From Aquificota bacterium (lineage in GTDB: Bacteria; Aquificota; Aquificia; Aquificales; QOAS01), in assembly GCA_013153315.1 (NCBI GenBank), contig JAADES010000048.1:812-64811 (forward strand): DNA of 64,000 bases, in the 5' to 3' direction. Each line of letters opens with the position of its first letter. Position 1 is the stretch's first letter. The position numbers were made by a program, and so were the translations under genes. Of this stretch, positions 19,540-30,836 are shown piece after piece. The notes under the pieces are model-generated. The model was not told where the DNA came from, searched no databases, and worked only from the letters and a program-made list of their open reading frames with translations.

Positions 19540-21432
19540 TTAATCCACAGGTTTGGCGTCTATGGCATCGTCACCTTTGTTGTCCTTTTTATCCTCGTTG
19601 TCTTTTTTCTCTTCTTGGGCTAATTTATAGAGTTTTTCGCTGTATTTGGAAGCTATTTGTTGAACTTTTTGAATTTGTTTTTCCACCTCTTCGGGTTCGG
19701 TAGCTTCATCGATAACTTTGCGGCTTTCGGCAACAAGCTGTTGAAGTTCTTTTTGTTCCTCGGGTGTAAATTTATCGGCCGCCTCCCTTAGGAGTTTTTC
19801 TATGGGATACACCAGTTGGTCAAGTTGATTTTTCAACTCCACGAGCTTTTTCTTTCTTTCATATTCCTCTTTGTGTTTTTCATATTCTTCCAACATTTTT
19901 TGGACTTCTTCTTCGGTCAAACCGCTGGAGGGTTGTATGGTTATCGATTGACTTTTTCCGGTAGCTTTATCTTTGGCGGTTACATGTAGTATTCCATCGG
20001 CGTCTATATCGAAACAAACTTCTATTTGGGGCACTCCTCGAGGTGCGGGGGGAATTCCCGACAATATGAAACTACCTAAGAATTTGTTTTCTTTAGCAAT
20101 GGGACTTTCTCCTTGGTAGACCTTAATTTCCACTTCGGTTTGGTAGTCTCTAACTGTTGTGAAGGTTTCGCATTTTCGCACCGGTATGGGGGTGTTCCGA
20201 GGTATTAAAACGGTCATAGCCCCGCCCATAGTTTCAATTCCCAGCGATAGAGGAGTTACGTCGATTAGCAGAACATCTTTTTTCTCGCCGCTCAATATGC
20301 TACCTTGGATTGCGGCACCTACAGCCACAACTTCGTCGGGGTTAACCCCTTTGTGGGGCTCTTTTCCGAAGAACTCTTTAATTTTTTTCTGAACTAAAGG
20401 TATTCGGGTTGAACCTCCCACCAAAACGATGTCGTCTATATCTTCGGGTTTTAGTTTGGCATCGGCCAAAGCCCTTTTTACAATCTCTATGGTGCGGTCA
20501 ACGATATCCTCTATCATTTGTTCGAGACGGGCTCGGGTTAGCTTTTTCTGTAGGTGCAACGGTTGCTTGGTTTCGGGGTCTATAGTAATGAAGGGTAGCG
20601 ATATCTCCGTTTCCATTTTGAAAGATAGCTCTTTTTTAGCCTGTTCGGCGGCCTCTTTTAATCTCTGAAGGGCGGTGCGGTCTTGGCGGAGGTCGATACC
20701 GGTTTCTTTTTTAAACTCCTCGATAAGCCATTCCATTATTCTTTCGTCGATATTGGCACCACCCAAAAAGGCGTCTCCTGCGGTTGCTTTTACTTCGATT
20801 ACGCCGTCGCCGCCTTCAAGTATGGAAACGTCGAAGGTTCCGCCACCGAAGTCGTAAACCAAAATTTTAGCCTCTTTCTTTTTATCCAATCCGTAGGCCA
20901 ACGCGGCCGCTGTAGGTTCGTTTAGAACTCTAACAACCTCCAAGCCGGCCAATTTACCGGCCATTTTGGTGGCCTGACGCTGTCTTTCGTTAAAGTAGGC
21001 GGGAACGGTTATCACCGCTTTTTTGACTTCTTCGCCTAAATATTGTTCGGCCGCCTCTTTGAGCTTTCTCAAAATGTGGGCCCCAACCTCTTCCGGACGA
21101 ACTAATTTCCCGGCGTTGGGAATATCGAAGGCCGCGTCGCCTTTTTCGTCGGGAACAACTTTATAGGAAACTTTATTTGCTATATCTTTAACTTCCTCAT
21201 ATTTTCTTCCTATAAACCTTTTGCTTTCATAAACTGTATTTTGCGGGTCTAAAATAGCCCTTCTTTTGGCAGGCTCGCCAACCAAAATTTCCTTTTCTTT
21301 AGTCCACGATACTACCGACGGGGTTATTCGGTTTCCCTCTTGGTTTTGTATTACAACAGGCTCGCCACCAACAACAACCGAAACCACCGAGTTGGTGGTT
21401 CCCAAATCTATACCGATGATTTTTTCACCCAT
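19540..21432 (-). CDS. dnaK: molecular chaperone DnaK (Hsp70)
   Basis: 630 aa. '[10 protein letters not shown]', '[12 protein letters not shown]', '[10 protein letters not shown]'. No grpE or dnaJ adjacent. Confidence 0.97.
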   Translation of the reverse strand: MGEKIIGIDLGTTNSVVSVVVGGEPVVIQNQEGNRITPSVVSWTKEKEILVGEPAKRRAILDPQNTVYESKRFIGRKYEEVKDIANKVSYKVVPDEKGDAAFDIPNAGKLVRPEEVGAHILRKLKEAAEQYLGEEVKKAVITVPAYFNERQRQATKMAGKLAGLEVVRVLNEPTAAALAYGLDKKKEAKILVYDFGGGTFDVSILEGGDGVIEVKATAGDAFLGGANIDERIMEWLIEEFKKETGIDLRQDRTALQRLKEAAEQAKKELSFKMETEISLPFITIDPETKQPLHLQKKLTRARLEQMIEDIVDRTIEIVKRALADAKLKPEDIDDIVLVGGSTRIPLVQKKIKEFFGKEPHKGVNPDEVVAVGAAIQGSILSGEKKDVLLIDVTPLSLGIETMGGAMTVLIPRNTPIPVRKCETFTTVRDYQTEVEIKVYQGESPIAKENKFLGSFILSGIPPAPRGVPQIEVCFDIDADGILHVTAKDKATGKSQSITIQPSSGLTEEEVQKMLEEYEKHKEEYERKKKLVELKNQLDQLVYPIEKLLREAADKFTPEEQKELQQLVAESRKVIDEATEPEEVEKQIQKVQQIASKYSEKLYKLAQEEKKDNEDKKDNKGDDAIDAKPVD

Positions 21433-21637
21433 TTTGGCACCTCCCCTTTTCTCTGTTTGGAGTTATCAGATTTTAAATATACACCTTTAGTGGTCTTTTA
21501 TAAATTTCCTTAATACGATTTTTTTGAAGTGTTTCAACGGTAAAGATTTTTTGCTAATCCCTAGCTTGACAAAACCTTTATCAACTCTATCTTTAACTTG
21601 TAAATAATTGACGGCAATATAAAAAGGGAGGAAAAAG

Positions 21638-24600
21638 ATGTTCAGCGAAAATATGCTTTCTAAGAAGGCCAAAGAATATTTAAATTTGGCTAAAGAAATA
21701 GCAAAAAAATATAAAGACTATAAAGCCGATACCGACCACCTACTTTTGGCCTTTCTATCGGATAAAGAAAGCCCTCTTTACAAAATAATAGAAAAAAGGG
21801 GTATAGACACCAAAAACCTCCGCCAACAGATAGTTTCCCACTTGGAACAACTCTACGAACAAATAGACAAAGCGGTAGAAAGTGAAGCCCAAAGACTGAT
21901 AAACCTTCGTGCCGAAATAATTCGTATAAAAAGCGATATTGCCCAGCTGCAGCAGGAACTCCAAGCTTTAGAAAAGGAAAAGAAACGCTTGCAAAAGGCT
22001 TTGGCCGAAGCCCGTCGTTGGGGTGACTGGTTTGAAGAGCAAACCATAGCCTTGGAACTCCAAAGGTTGGAAGCCCTTGAGCAAAGCTATCTAGCCCAAC
22101 TCAAGCAGGTTGAAGAAAGCCTTTCCCAGGTTTTCGACCGCGAAGCGGTAAAGAAATTTTTAGAAGGAAAACTATCCATAGACGGTTTAGTGAAAACAGC
22201 TTTAGAAAAATCTCCTTTAATAGAGCAACTAAAAGAAATCGGCGTATCCTCCGATAGGGTTATAGCCAAAATTGCCGCCAAAGTTTTTGGAAGAAAACCC
22301 AAAGAAATCGATTACGCCGAATATTTAATAAAAGTCCTCGAAAAGGCCGAAGATAAGGCCGTTTCCGAAAAAGAGAGCGAAATAAAACCCTATCACATTG
22401 CCGCGGCCTTAATAGAGGCCAAAGATTACTTAGCAGGAAAACTTTTAGAACAAATATTTGGAGGAGGTAAGGAAGCTATGAAAGATATGACCCAAGAACT
22501 TAAAGAGGAAGAAAAATCTGCCCTCGAAAGGTTTACCGTAGATTTAACCCAACTGGCTAAGGAAGGTAAATTAGACCCCGTCGTAGGTAGGGAAAAAGAA
22601 ATTAACCAAACTATAGAGGTTCTTCTCCGTAGGAAAAAGAACAATCCCGTATTGGTGGGTGATGCCGGTGTAGGTAAAACAGCCATAGTGGAAGGATTGG
22701 CCCAAAAAATAGTAAACAAGGAAGTTCCTCCCGAACTGCAGGATAAGAGAATTCTCGCCCTCGATATGGCCGCCCTAATGGCGGGAACCAAATACCGCGG
22801 AGAATTCGAAGAGAGACTCAAAAAACTGCTCGACGAGGTTAAAAAAGAAGGAAACGTAATCCTCTTTATTGACGAAATCCACACCGTAGTGGGTGCAGGT
22901 AAGGCCGAAGGTGCCATGGATATGGCCAACATTATGAAACCCGCCTTGGCCCGTGGTGAAATAAGGGTAATCGGAGCAACCACCGTAGACGAATACAGAA
23001 AATACATCGAAAAAGACCCCGCATTGGAAAGAAGATTCCAACCCATCTATGTGGAAGAACCTTCGGTAGAAACAACTATCGAAATTTTGAAAGCTCTAAG
23101 ACCTAAGTTCGAACAACACCACCAAGTTAAGATTTCCGACGAAGCTATCGAAGCTGCCGCGAAATTAACCCACCGCTATGTAACCAACCGCAAACTACCC
23201 GACAAAGCTATCGACGCTTTAGACCAAGCCTGTGCAAGGAAAAAACTTTCTGTGGTAATGCCTCCACCCGAACTGCAGGAAATTGAAAGAAAACTCAAAC
23301 AAATCGAGGAAGAAATTGTAGAAGCTAACCTCAAAGGTGATTACGAAAGGGAAGCCGAACTCAAAATTAAGAAAATTGAACTGGAAAAGAAAAAGAACGA
23401 ACTGCTTAAAAAATACGGCTCCGTGGAAGCTCGCATTAACGCAATCAAAGAAGAAATCAAAAAGGTTGAAGAGGAGATTAAAAAGGCCGTAGAAGCGGGC
23501 GATGTTGATAAGGAATATGAACTTAAAAAACGCCTAATAGAGTTGGAGAAAGAACTAAAGAAATTGGAAAAACAAAAGGCCAACGAAGTGGTTGTAACCT
23601 ACGACGATGTTGCGGCCGTGGTATCCGAATGGACAGGAATACCCGTATCCAAGCTAAAAGAGGAAGAAAAACAAAAGCTTCTAAAATTGGAAGACGAGCT
23701 TCACAAACGTGTAATAGGCCAAGACCACGCTGTTAAAGCCGTAGCCGAAGCTATTAGAAGGGCAAGAGCTGGACTAAAAGACCCCAAACGTCCCATAGCC
23801 AGCTTCATGTTCCTGGGGCCCACCGGTGTAGGTAAAACCGAATTGGCAAAAGCGTTGGCGGAACTCCTATTTGGCGATGAAGACGCAATGATTAGACTGG
23901 ACATGTCCGAATTCAAAGAGGAACACTCGGTGGCCAAACTAATCGGAGCTCCCCCCGGCTACGTGGGTTACGAAGAGGGAGGAAAACTAACCGAGGCGGT
24001 AAGAAGAAAACCCTATTCGGTCATACTATTGGATGAAATTGAAAAAGCCCACCCCAGGGTATTTGACTTATTCCTCCAAGTGTTGGACGATGGAAGATTA
24101 ACCGACTCCAAAGGTAGAACCGTAGACTTTAGAAACACCGTAATAATAATGACCTCCAACGTAGGTAGCCAATATCTGCTAAATATCCCCCTCGACGCTG
24201 ATGAAGAAACAATGGAAAGGGAATTCGAAAAGGCCAAAGAAAAAGTTCTCGAAGAACTAAAAATGAGATTCCGACCCGAATTCCTAAACCGTATTGACGA
24301 AATAATCACCTTTAAACCTCTAACAATGAAAGAGCTATTGCAAATCGTAGACCTCCTAATAAAACGCGTTAACGAAAGGTTGGCGGATAAGAATATGAAA
24401 ATAGAACTAACCGAAGAGGCAAAAAAAGAATTGGCCAGAAGAGGTTATGACCCCGCCTTCGGAGCAAGACCTCTTAGAAGAACCATCCAAAAATATATAG
24501 AAACCCCCTTGGCGGACATGATACTGGAAGGAAAATTCAAAGAGGGCGACACCATAGTGGTAGACTACGACAAGGAAAAGAAAGAGTTTGTATTCCTCAA

Positions 24601-24682
24601 AAAGGAAGAATTTGAAAAACAGAAACAGCAAAAGGAAGAAAAGAAAGATAAAGACCAAAAGAAGGAAGAGGATAAAAAATAA
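21638..24682 (+). CDS. clpB: ATP-dependent disaggregase ClpB (long form, 1014 aa)
   Basis: Two AAA+ modules ('[15 protein letters not shown]', '[15 protein letters not shown]'), a coiled-coil M-domain, and a Clp_N domain interrupted by a coiled-coil insert of about 140 aa (residues ~70-215). Confidence 0.95.
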   Translation: MFSENMLSKKAKEYLNLAKEIAKKYKDYKADTDHLLLAFLSDKESPLYKIIEKRGIDTKNLRQQIVSHLEQLYEQIDKAVESEAQRLINLRAEIIRIKSDIAQLQQELQALEKEKKRLQKALAEARRWGDWFEEQTIALELQRLEALEQSYLAQLKQVEESLSQVFDREAVKKFLEGKLSIDGLVKTALEKSPLIEQLKEIGVSSDRVIAKIAAKVFGRKPKEIDYAEYLIKVLEKAEDKAVSEKESEIKPYHIAAALIEAKDYLAGKLLEQIFGGGKEAMKDMTQELKEEEKSALERFTVDLTQLAKEGKLDPVVGREKEINQTIEVLLRRKKNNPVLVGDAGVGKTAIVEGLAQKIVNKEVPPELQDKRILALDMAALMAGTKYRGEFEERLKKLLDEVKKEGNVILFIDEIHTVVGAGKAEGAMDMANIMKPALARGEIRVIGATTVDEYRKYIEKDPALERRFQPIYVEEPSVETTIEILKALRPKFEQHHQVKISDEAIEAAAKLTHRYVTNRKLPDKAIDALDQACARKKLSVVMPPPELQEIERKLKQIEEEIVEANLKGDYEREAELKIKKIELEKKKNELLKKYGSVEARINAIKEEIKKVEEEIKKAVEAGDVDKEYELKKRLIELEKELKKLEKQKANEVVVTYDDVAAVVSEWTGIPVSKLKEEEKQKLLKLEDELHKRVIGQDHAVKAVAEAIRRARAGLKDPKRPIASFMFLGPTGVGKTELAKALAELLFGDEDAMIRLDMSEFKEEHSVAKLIGAPPGYVGYEEGGKLTEAVRRKPYSVILLDEIEKAHPRVFDLFLQVLDDGRLTDSKGRTVDFRNTVIIMTSNVGSQYLLNIPLDADEETMEREFEKAKEKVLEELKMRFRPEFLNRIDEIITFKPLTMKELLQIVDLLIKRVNERLADKNMKIELTEEAKKELARRGYDPAFGARPLRRTIQKYIETPLADMILEGKFKEGDTIVVDYDKEKKEFVFLKKEEFEKQKQQKEEKKDKDQKKEEDKK

Positions 24683-24702
24683 TCCCCTTTAAGTTTCTTT
24701 TC

Positions 24703-26082
24703 TCATTCCTCATTTCGTTCTTCAATTTCTAAAACTAAAGGTGCGTGGTGAATTCCTAAACACTCTCGGAGTTTCTTTATAAAAAATTTCTTGTAGTGTT
24801 CCTTCCAAGCCTCTTTTTTATTGGTGATAACCACTATTGTAGGGGGGCGATTTTTCTTCTGGAAGGCGTAATAAACTTTGGTCGGTTTTCCTCGGTAAGA
24901 AGGCGGGGGATTGTCGCGAATTATTTTTCTGATGCAGTTGTTAACAAAGGAAGTCTTATGCTGTTTGTTGTAATCCTCCCAAACTTTGTCGATAGCTTTA
25001 AAGAGATTTTCCAAACCTTCGCCTGTTTTGGCCATAGTGTAAACAACAGGTGCGTAATCTACAAAAAATAACCTTTTCTTAACCTGCTTTGTTGCCTCTT
25101 CGGGGGGAAGCGGTAGAAGGTCGACCTTATTCACATCGATAACCAACCCTTTACCGCGCCTTTGGATTAAGCCGGCTAATCGTTGGTCTTGGTGGGTAAC
25201 GCCCTCTTTACCGTCGATAACCAAAACACAAATATCGGCGCGGTCTATAGCGTTTAAACTACGGTTTACGGCGAAAAATTCCGTTCCATAATCCACATTG
25301 GAAGGTCTTCTAATACCGGCGGTATCTATAAAGAGATACTTCTTTCCGTTTCGTTCTACCAACATATCTATAGCATCGACGGTGGTTCCCGCAATTGGAG
25401 ATACTATAGTTCTTTCGTCGCCAACTATTTTGTTAAACAACGATGACTTACCCACGTTGGGACGTCCAACCAGTGCAATCTTGGGAATGTTTTTTAATTC
25501 TTCCTTTTGCTTTTCTTCTTCCTCAGGTTCTACTGTAGAGGTAGGAATTTCCTTTGTAAGGTCTTCCAGTAAATCTCCCAACCCGGTGCCGTGGATAGCG
25601 GAAACGGGATAGTATCCTTTGAAAGGAAATTTGTAGAAATCATAAATGTTATCTTCGGCCTTCTTACTGTCAACTTTGTTGATAACTACATAAACCTTAT
25701 CTTTGTAGGGCATTAGCATTTGGGCGATTTGTTCATCGAGGGGAGTTAAGCCTTCTTTTCCGTCCACCACAAATAGTATGGCATCGGCGTCGGGTAGTTC
25801 CTTCTGAACTTGCTCCCTAACTTTGGGCAGGAAAAAGTCGTCCACGTTGGGCATATAACCGCCTGTGTCTACCAATTTGAAAACTTTGTTTTGCCATTTG
25901 GCTATATCCTCCAACTTATCGCGGGTTACCCCCGGTTTGTCCTCCACTACCGCTTTTCTTTTTCCTATTAGTTTGTTGAAGAGTGTGGATTTCCCTACGT
26001 TGGGCCTTCCCACTATTACAACCTTTCCAAGTTTACCTTTTTGTTTTTCCTCTTTGGTTGTTTGCTTATTTTTTTCACCCAT
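24703..26082 (-). CDS. der: ribosome-associated GTPase Der/EngA (tandem GTPase domains)
   Basis: Two G-domains ('GRPNVGKSTLFN' and 'GRPNVGKSSLFN') plus a KH-like C-terminus. The track start at 26106 is a TTG. The ATG at 26082 (MGEKNK) is more likely. Confidence 0.9.
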   Translation of the reverse strand: MGEKNKQTTKEEKQKGKLGKVVIVGRPNVGKSTLFNKLIGKRKAVVEDKPGVTRDKLEDIAKWQNKVFKLVDTGGYMPNVDDFFLPKVREQVQKELPDADAILFVVDGKEGLTPLDEQIAQMLMPYKDKVYVVINKVDSKKAEDNIYDFYKFPFKGYYPVSAIHGTGLGDLLEDLTKEIPTSTVEPEEEEKQKEELKNIPKIALVGRPNVGKSSLFNKIVGDERTIVSPIAGTTVDAIDMLVERNGKKYLFIDTAGIRRPSNVDYGTEFFAVNRSLNAIDRADICVLVIDGKEGVTHQDQRLAGLIQRRGKGLVIDVNKVDLLPLPPEEATKQVKKRLFFVDYAPVVYTMAKTGEGLENLFKAIDKVWEDYNKQHKTSFVNNCIRKIIRDNPPPSYRGKPTKVYYAFQKKNRPPTIVVITNKKEAWKEHYKKFFIKKLRECLGIHHAPLVLEIEERNEE

Positions 26083-26184
26083 CAAGGAAGGAAAAATTAG
26101 TTCCAAAAGTGGGTTTTACAAAATTTTATGCTCTTTCGGTTAGGCCATTAAAAACCTTCGGGGGAATTATCATTTTTTCCTTTG

Positions 26185-27435
26185 ATGGAAAAAATTAAAG
26201 TTGCCCTATTACTAAGCGGATTTGAAGGATTTTCCGACCTTCACCTTATAGAGAGCATTAAAACGCTTTTGCCCGATTCGAAATTCGAACTTAAAACTTT
26301 CAAAATAGATACCGCAAACGTAGCAAAAACAGTTAAGGAAATTGAAGATTTCAAACCCCTTTTTGGGATAGATTTCAACACCAAAGGCATTATATGGGGT
26401 CAAAAGGAAAATGAAAAGAAACCTCTGCATGAAGTTTTAGGTTTTGTCCACTTTACGGTTTTTACCGAAGACCCTTTATTTCATGTAGAAAATATCTTTA
26501 ACCTCCGCGGTAGCACCAACACCGTATTTTTAATTACCGACCTTAGATATGGTGAATTTTTAGCCTCCTTAGGTTTTCAAAACATCTTTTATTTCACCCC
26601 GTGTGTAAATTTAAGGTTGATACCGCCAAAAGGGGAAAAAGATATTAACTTGGTGTTTGCCGGCGATGCGGTCGACCCTGCCCTAATAGTTGAAAGCTGG
26701 TCGCAGGTAATGGACCAAGCAGTTAGGGATTTTGCCCTTGAAGTTGGAGAATTTTGCTTCCGCAACCCCGAGATAATTCCCGTTGTTGCAGTGGAATACT
26801 TGCTACCGCTGATGAACCCCCAATTTCAAGAAAGCTTTAACAAATTCCGTCAGGAAAATCCTAAAGCCTACTTTGCATTTCTGGCCCACATATCGGCTTA
26901 CACTACCGCACGGCGAAATTGGTTTATCTTAAACTTCCTCGAAGGAACGGAACTAACAATAGTGGGAAGGGCCGAAGGAGCTTTGCCCGAAGGCTTTAGC
27001 GTAGCCCAAATAACCTCCTTCGAAGATAGGGTCTCTTATTTCAACCGAGCAAAAATGGTATTGACCGCCTTCCCTACCTTTGTGCCCAGCTCTATAGGCT
27101 TCACTCCCCTGGAAGTGGCCGCCTGTGAAACCGCTTTAATGATTAATTTCCGCTCTACGCTACCCAGCTTCTTCAAACCTCAAGAAGAGGTAATTGCTTA
27201 CAACCCCCTCGACCGCATGGATATTGAGGAAAAGCTGCTCTTCTATATGGAAAATGACGAGGACAGACAACTGATAGCCCAAAACGCCTATAAGGCTGTT
27301 AGGGAAAGGTTTGTTTGCAAAGACCGCATAGAGTTCATTAAGAATTTAATGAGCAATATCCACGCCCAGATTTTACAGGAAAAAATAGCCTCCCAGCAGG
27401 GGGATAACAACCAAGAACCCCGTTCCTTTAATTGA
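26185..27435 (+). CDS. hypothetical protein, possibly a CgeB-like / GT1-type glycosyltransferase-fold protein
   Basis: About 416 aa. Only the C-terminal third ('MVLTAFPTFVPSSIGFTPLEVAACETALMIN ... LIAQNAYKAVRERF') resembles the GT-B C-terminal lobe. The assignment is weak. Confidence 0.35.
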   Translation: MEKIKVALLLSGFEGFSDLHLIESIKTLLPDSKFELKTFKIDTANVAKTVKEIEDFKPLFGIDFNTKGIIWGQKENEKKPLHEVLGFVHFTVFTEDPLFHVENIFNLRGSTNTVFLITDLRYGEFLASLGFQNIFYFTPCVNLRLIPPKGEKDINLVFAGDAVDPALIVESWSQVMDQAVRDFALEVGEFCFRNPEIIPVVAVEYLLPLMNPQFQESFNKFRQENPKAYFAFLAHISAYTTARRNWFILNFLEGTELTIVGRAEGALPEGFSVAQITSFEDRVSYFNRAKMVLTAFPTFVPSSIGFTPLEVAACETALMINFRSTLPSFFKPQEEVIAYNPLDRMDIEEKLLFYMENDEDRQLIAQNAYKAVRERFVCKDRIEFIKNLMSNIHAQILQEKIASQQGDNNQEPRSFN

Positions 27436-27656
27436 TTCTTTCTTTAAGTTTTTCCCCTTTATGGACTTTTAAAACATTTACCCTGCCGTTGGAAAATTTT
27501 TTTATTCCTTTTAAAGGTTTTGCATTAATTTAAGAAAGCCCCAAGGAAGGATTGAAATTTATTCTACCTACCTTTGCAAAAAAAAATACCATTCCGGAAA
27601 CTCTACAATACAATTTTTGCAACACAAGAAAAAACCCTATAGGGAGGTTCCTATCG

Positions 27657-29531
27657 ATGGAATTAAAAGAAAACCAAACCAAAAGGCGGGTTGAATTTAC
27701 CGATGTAACCTGCCGAGATGGAATTCAAAGTTTATTAGCCACCAGAGTAAGAACCGAGGATTTACTTCCCGCGGTAGAAAAACTCGATAAATGCGGTTTT
27801 TGGTCTTTGGAAGTTTGGGGCGGTGCAACCTTTGACGTCTGCCTACGCTATCTAAAAGAAGACCCTTGGGAAAGACTAAAAAAATTCCGTGAAGTGGCCA
27901 AAAACTCCCGCCTTGAAATGCTAATAAGAGGCCAATCGTTGGTTGGTTATAAACACTACCCCGACGATGTGGTGGACGCTTTTGTTAAAAAGGCCATCGA
28001 CGACGGTATAGATGTAGTTAGAGTTTTCGACGCCCTAAATGATGTTCGAAATATGGAAAGGGCTATAAAATCGGCAAAGGAGGCGGGGGCCATAGTAAAA
28101 GGAGCAATTTCCTACACAATAAGCCCCGTTCACACAATTGATAAGTATGTAGAAATAGCCAAACAGTTGGCCGACCTAAATGTTGACATCATCTCCATAA
28201 AGGATATGGCGGGCCTCCTATCTCCAAAAGTGGCCTACGAACTTATTAAAAGACTAAAAGAAGAAATAGGTTTACCCGTTCATCTGCATGCCCAAACCAC
28301 CTCGGCTTTGGCAATGATGACCTACCTAAAGGCCGTTGAAGCCGGCGTCGACATAATAGACACCGATACCTATTCGATGTCGCTCCAAACCGCCCACCCC
28401 ACCGGAGAAACAATGATTTACGCCCTAAGGGAATTCGGCTACGAAATACCCGTAGATATGCAGAAATACAAAGAAGTGGGCGACTATATGGTTGAAGTAA
28501 GAAAGAAATACAAAAAATATGACGTAGCACCCCCGTGGCCCGATGTAGATGTTCTAATCCACCAAATTCCCGGCGGAATGATAACCAATTTCATGTCCCA
28601 ACTAAAGGAACAGGGATTGGAAGATAAACTAAACGAGGTGCTGGAAGAGGTTGTTCGTGTTAGGGAAGATTTAGGATACCCTCCCTTGGTAACACCCACC
28701 TCCCAAATAGTGGGAACTCAGGCCCTAATGAATGTGATTCACGGAGAGCGTTATAAAGTAATAACGAAGGAAGTTAAGGACTACGTGAAAGGTCTATATG
28801 GTAGACCCCCCGGCCCTATAAAGGAAGAACTAATCAAAAAAATTCTCGGCGACGAGAAACCTATTTACGACATAAGACCGGCTGACCTATTGCCTCCTAT
28901 GTTGGACAAAATTAAAAAAGAGGCAATAGAAGCCGGGGCCCGCAGCGAGGAAGATATACTTTCCTATGCTATATTGCCCGTTGTAGCCAAAGAGTTCTTC
29001 GAATGGCGCGAAAAATTCGAAAAGGGAGAAGTTCCTCCCCCCGAAGTGGAAGAAAGCCTCGAGGAAGTTCCCCAAGAATGTTTGGCTCCCTACGAATTCC
29101 AAGTTACCGTTCACGGCGAAACCTACCACATAGAAATTGCGGGCGTCGGAGAAAGAACCCCTTCGGGTAGACCCTACTTTATAAGAATTGACGGAAAACT
29201 TGAGGAAGTAATGGTTCAACCCATTAGGGAAGCCCAAGTAATGAGCGGCGGATTTACCGAAACACCCGAAGGAACAATAGCGGTAGGAAAAAGACCCAAA
29301 CCCAGGGGTATTGGAGACGTTACCTCCCCCGTATCCGGAAAAGTTACCGAAATTAAAGTTAACGTTGGTGACAAAGTTAAAGAGGGCGATGTTCTCCTAA
29401 TAGTGGAAGCTATGAAAATGGCTAACGAAGTTCACGCCCCCGTTAGCGGAACTGTTGAGGAAATCCTCGTTAGGGTTGGTGAACAAGTAAACCCCGACGA
29501 GGTTCTAATAAGAATAAAACCCGAAAAGTAA
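27657..29531 (+). CDS. biotin-dependent carboxylase, carboxyltransferase plus biotinyl-carrier subunit (PycB / OadA / 2-oxoglutarate carboxylase large-subunit family)
   Basis: ATG at 27657 after AGGGAGG. 'FTDVTCRDGIQS' TIM-barrel carboxyltransferase domain and C-terminal biotin attachment motif 'EAMKMANEV'. No biotin carboxylase partner in the window. Confidence 0.85.
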   Translation: MELKENQTKRRVEFTDVTCRDGIQSLLATRVRTEDLLPAVEKLDKCGFWSLEVWGGATFDVCLRYLKEDPWERLKKFREVAKNSRLEMLIRGQSLVGYKHYPDDVVDAFVKKAIDDGIDVVRVFDALNDVRNMERAIKSAKEAGAIVKGAISYTISPVHTIDKYVEIAKQLADLNVDIISIKDMAGLLSPKVAYELIKRLKEEIGLPVHLHAQTTSALAMMTYLKAVEAGVDIIDTDTYSMSLQTAHPTGETMIYALREFGYEIPVDMQKYKEVGDYMVEVRKKYKKYDVAPPWPDVDVLIHQIPGGMITNFMSQLKEQGLEDKLNEVLEEVVRVREDLGYPPLVTPTSQIVGTQALMNVIHGERYKVITKEVKDYVKGLYGRPPGPIKEELIKKILGDEKPIYDIRPADLLPPMLDKIKKEAIEAGARSEEDILSYAILPVVAKEFFEWREKFEKGEVPPPEVEESLEEVPQECLAPYEFQVTVHGETYHIEIAGVGERTPSGRPYFIRIDGKLEEVMVQPIREAQVMSGGFTETPEGTIAVGKRPKPRGIGDVTSPVSGKVTEIKVNVGDKVKEGDVLLIVEAMKMANEVHAPVSGTVEEILVRVGEQVNPDEVLIRIKPEK

Positions 29532-29615
29532 TAAAAAAAACTTCTTTTTTTTGGATTTTATCTTTGCCTTCTTATGGTCTTACAAAGAATTTCCGCTGTT
29601 AGCTTTTAATTACTT

Positions 29616-30824
29616 ATGCCCGCCCAAGAGCTAAAAAAACAAATCTGGCAGGAAGCCCAAAAAATAAAAGAAGAGTTAATTCAGTGGCGTAGACATATCC
29701 ACCAATTTCCCGAATTATCGGGGGAAGAATACAACACCGCCGAATTTATTGTTAAAAAACTCAAAGAGTTCGGTATAGAGGAAATTTATCCCCACTATGC
29801 CGATACCCCTTCGGTTGTAGCCTACATAAGAAAGGACAAGAAGGCTCCCACCGTAGCCCTAAGGGCCGATATAGATGCCCTTCCCATAGAGGAAAAGAAC
29901 GAGGTTCCCTATAAATCCCGCATAGAGGGGGTAATGCACGCCTGCGGACACGATGCCCATACCGCTATGGTTTTGGGTGCGGCTAAAATCCTACAAAAAT
30001 TTAAAGACCAACTAAAGGGAAACGTTAAGCTAATCTTCCAATCGTGCGAAGAAAATCCCGCCTGCAGCGGTGCAAAAAAGTTGGTCGAGCATGGGGTTTG
30101 CGACGACATTTCGGTGATTTTTGGCCTTCACGTATACCCCGAAATAGAAAGCGGCAAAATTGGGGTTAGAAAAGGCCCGATGATGGCAGCCGCCGATTTT
30201 TTCCGTGTAAGGATAATAGGGAAATCGGCCCACGCATCCAAACCCCATATGGGAATAGACCCCGTATTGATGGCCGCCCAAGCAATAAACACCATTCACC
30301 ACATAGTGAGCCGCGAAGTTAACCCTTTCCAACCGGTGGTTGTAACAATAGGGAAAATCCGCGGAGGGTATGCTCCCAACCAAATACCCGACGAGGTAGT
30401 TTTTGAAGGAACAGTCCGAACCTTCGATGAAAATATCCGCAAACAGGTTAAAAATTGGATAGAAAAGGCGGTTTGGGGAACAACCCTTTCCTACGGCGGG
30501 GCATACAAATATGAATACATAGAAGGTTACCCTCCGGTGATAAACGATGAAAAGGTTACCGAATTCGGGATTAAAGTTATAAAGGAACTCCTTGGGGAAG
30601 ATGGTTTTGTAGAACTTTCCGAACCGAGCATGGGGGGTGAAGATTTTGCCTTTTACCTTAGAAAGGTGCCGGGAGCCTATTTTAGGTTGGGAATAAGAAA
30701 CGAGAAGAAAGGAATAATTCACCCCTTACACAGTTCAAAGTTTGACATAGACGAGGACACCCTCCCCATAGGGGCGGGATTTTTGGCTTACCTAGCCTAC
30801 CGATGGTTGGAAAAACACAATTAA
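29616..30824 (+). CDS. M20D-family amidohydrolase (N-acyl-amino acid amidohydrolase / hippurate hydrolase-like)
   Basis: 402 aa. 'WRRHIHQFPELSGEE', 'MHACGHDAHTAM', 'GGEDFAFY'. Confidence 0.8.
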   Translation: MPAQELKKQIWQEAQKIKEELIQWRRHIHQFPELSGEEYNTAEFIVKKLKEFGIEEIYPHYADTPSVVAYIRKDKKAPTVALRADIDALPIEEKNEVPYKSRIEGVMHACGHDAHTAMVLGAAKILQKFKDQLKGNVKLIFQSCEENPACSGAKKLVEHGVCDDISVIFGLHVYPEIESGKIGVRKGPMMAAADFFRVRIIGKSAHASKPHMGIDPVLMAAQAINTIHHIVSREVNPFQPVVVTIGKIRGGYAPNQIPDEVVFEGTVRTFDENIRKQVKNWIEKAVWGTTLSYGGAYKYEYIEGYPPVINDEKVTEFGIKVIKELLGEDGFVELSEPSMGGEDFAFYLRKVPGAYFRLGIRNEKKGIIHPLHSSKFDIDEDTLPIGAGFLAYLAYRWLEKHN

Positions 30825-30836
30825 ACCCTTTTTAGT

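Noticed and set aside
21433-21637. CIRCE (HrcA) operator in the dnaK-clpB divergent intergenic region
   Set aside because: No TTAGCACTC-N9-GAGTGCTAA-like inverted repeat is present. Only a TTGACA-type box was seen.
22426-23046. 206-aa minus-strand ORF inside clpB, and similar long antisense ORFs (30030-30722, 39737-40210, 50252-50671, 35412-35744, 11441-11803)
   Set aside because: Each lies entirely antisense to a strongly supported conserved gene. Their sequences are low-complexity and rich in S, F and L, as is typical of shadow frames, and they have no motifs.
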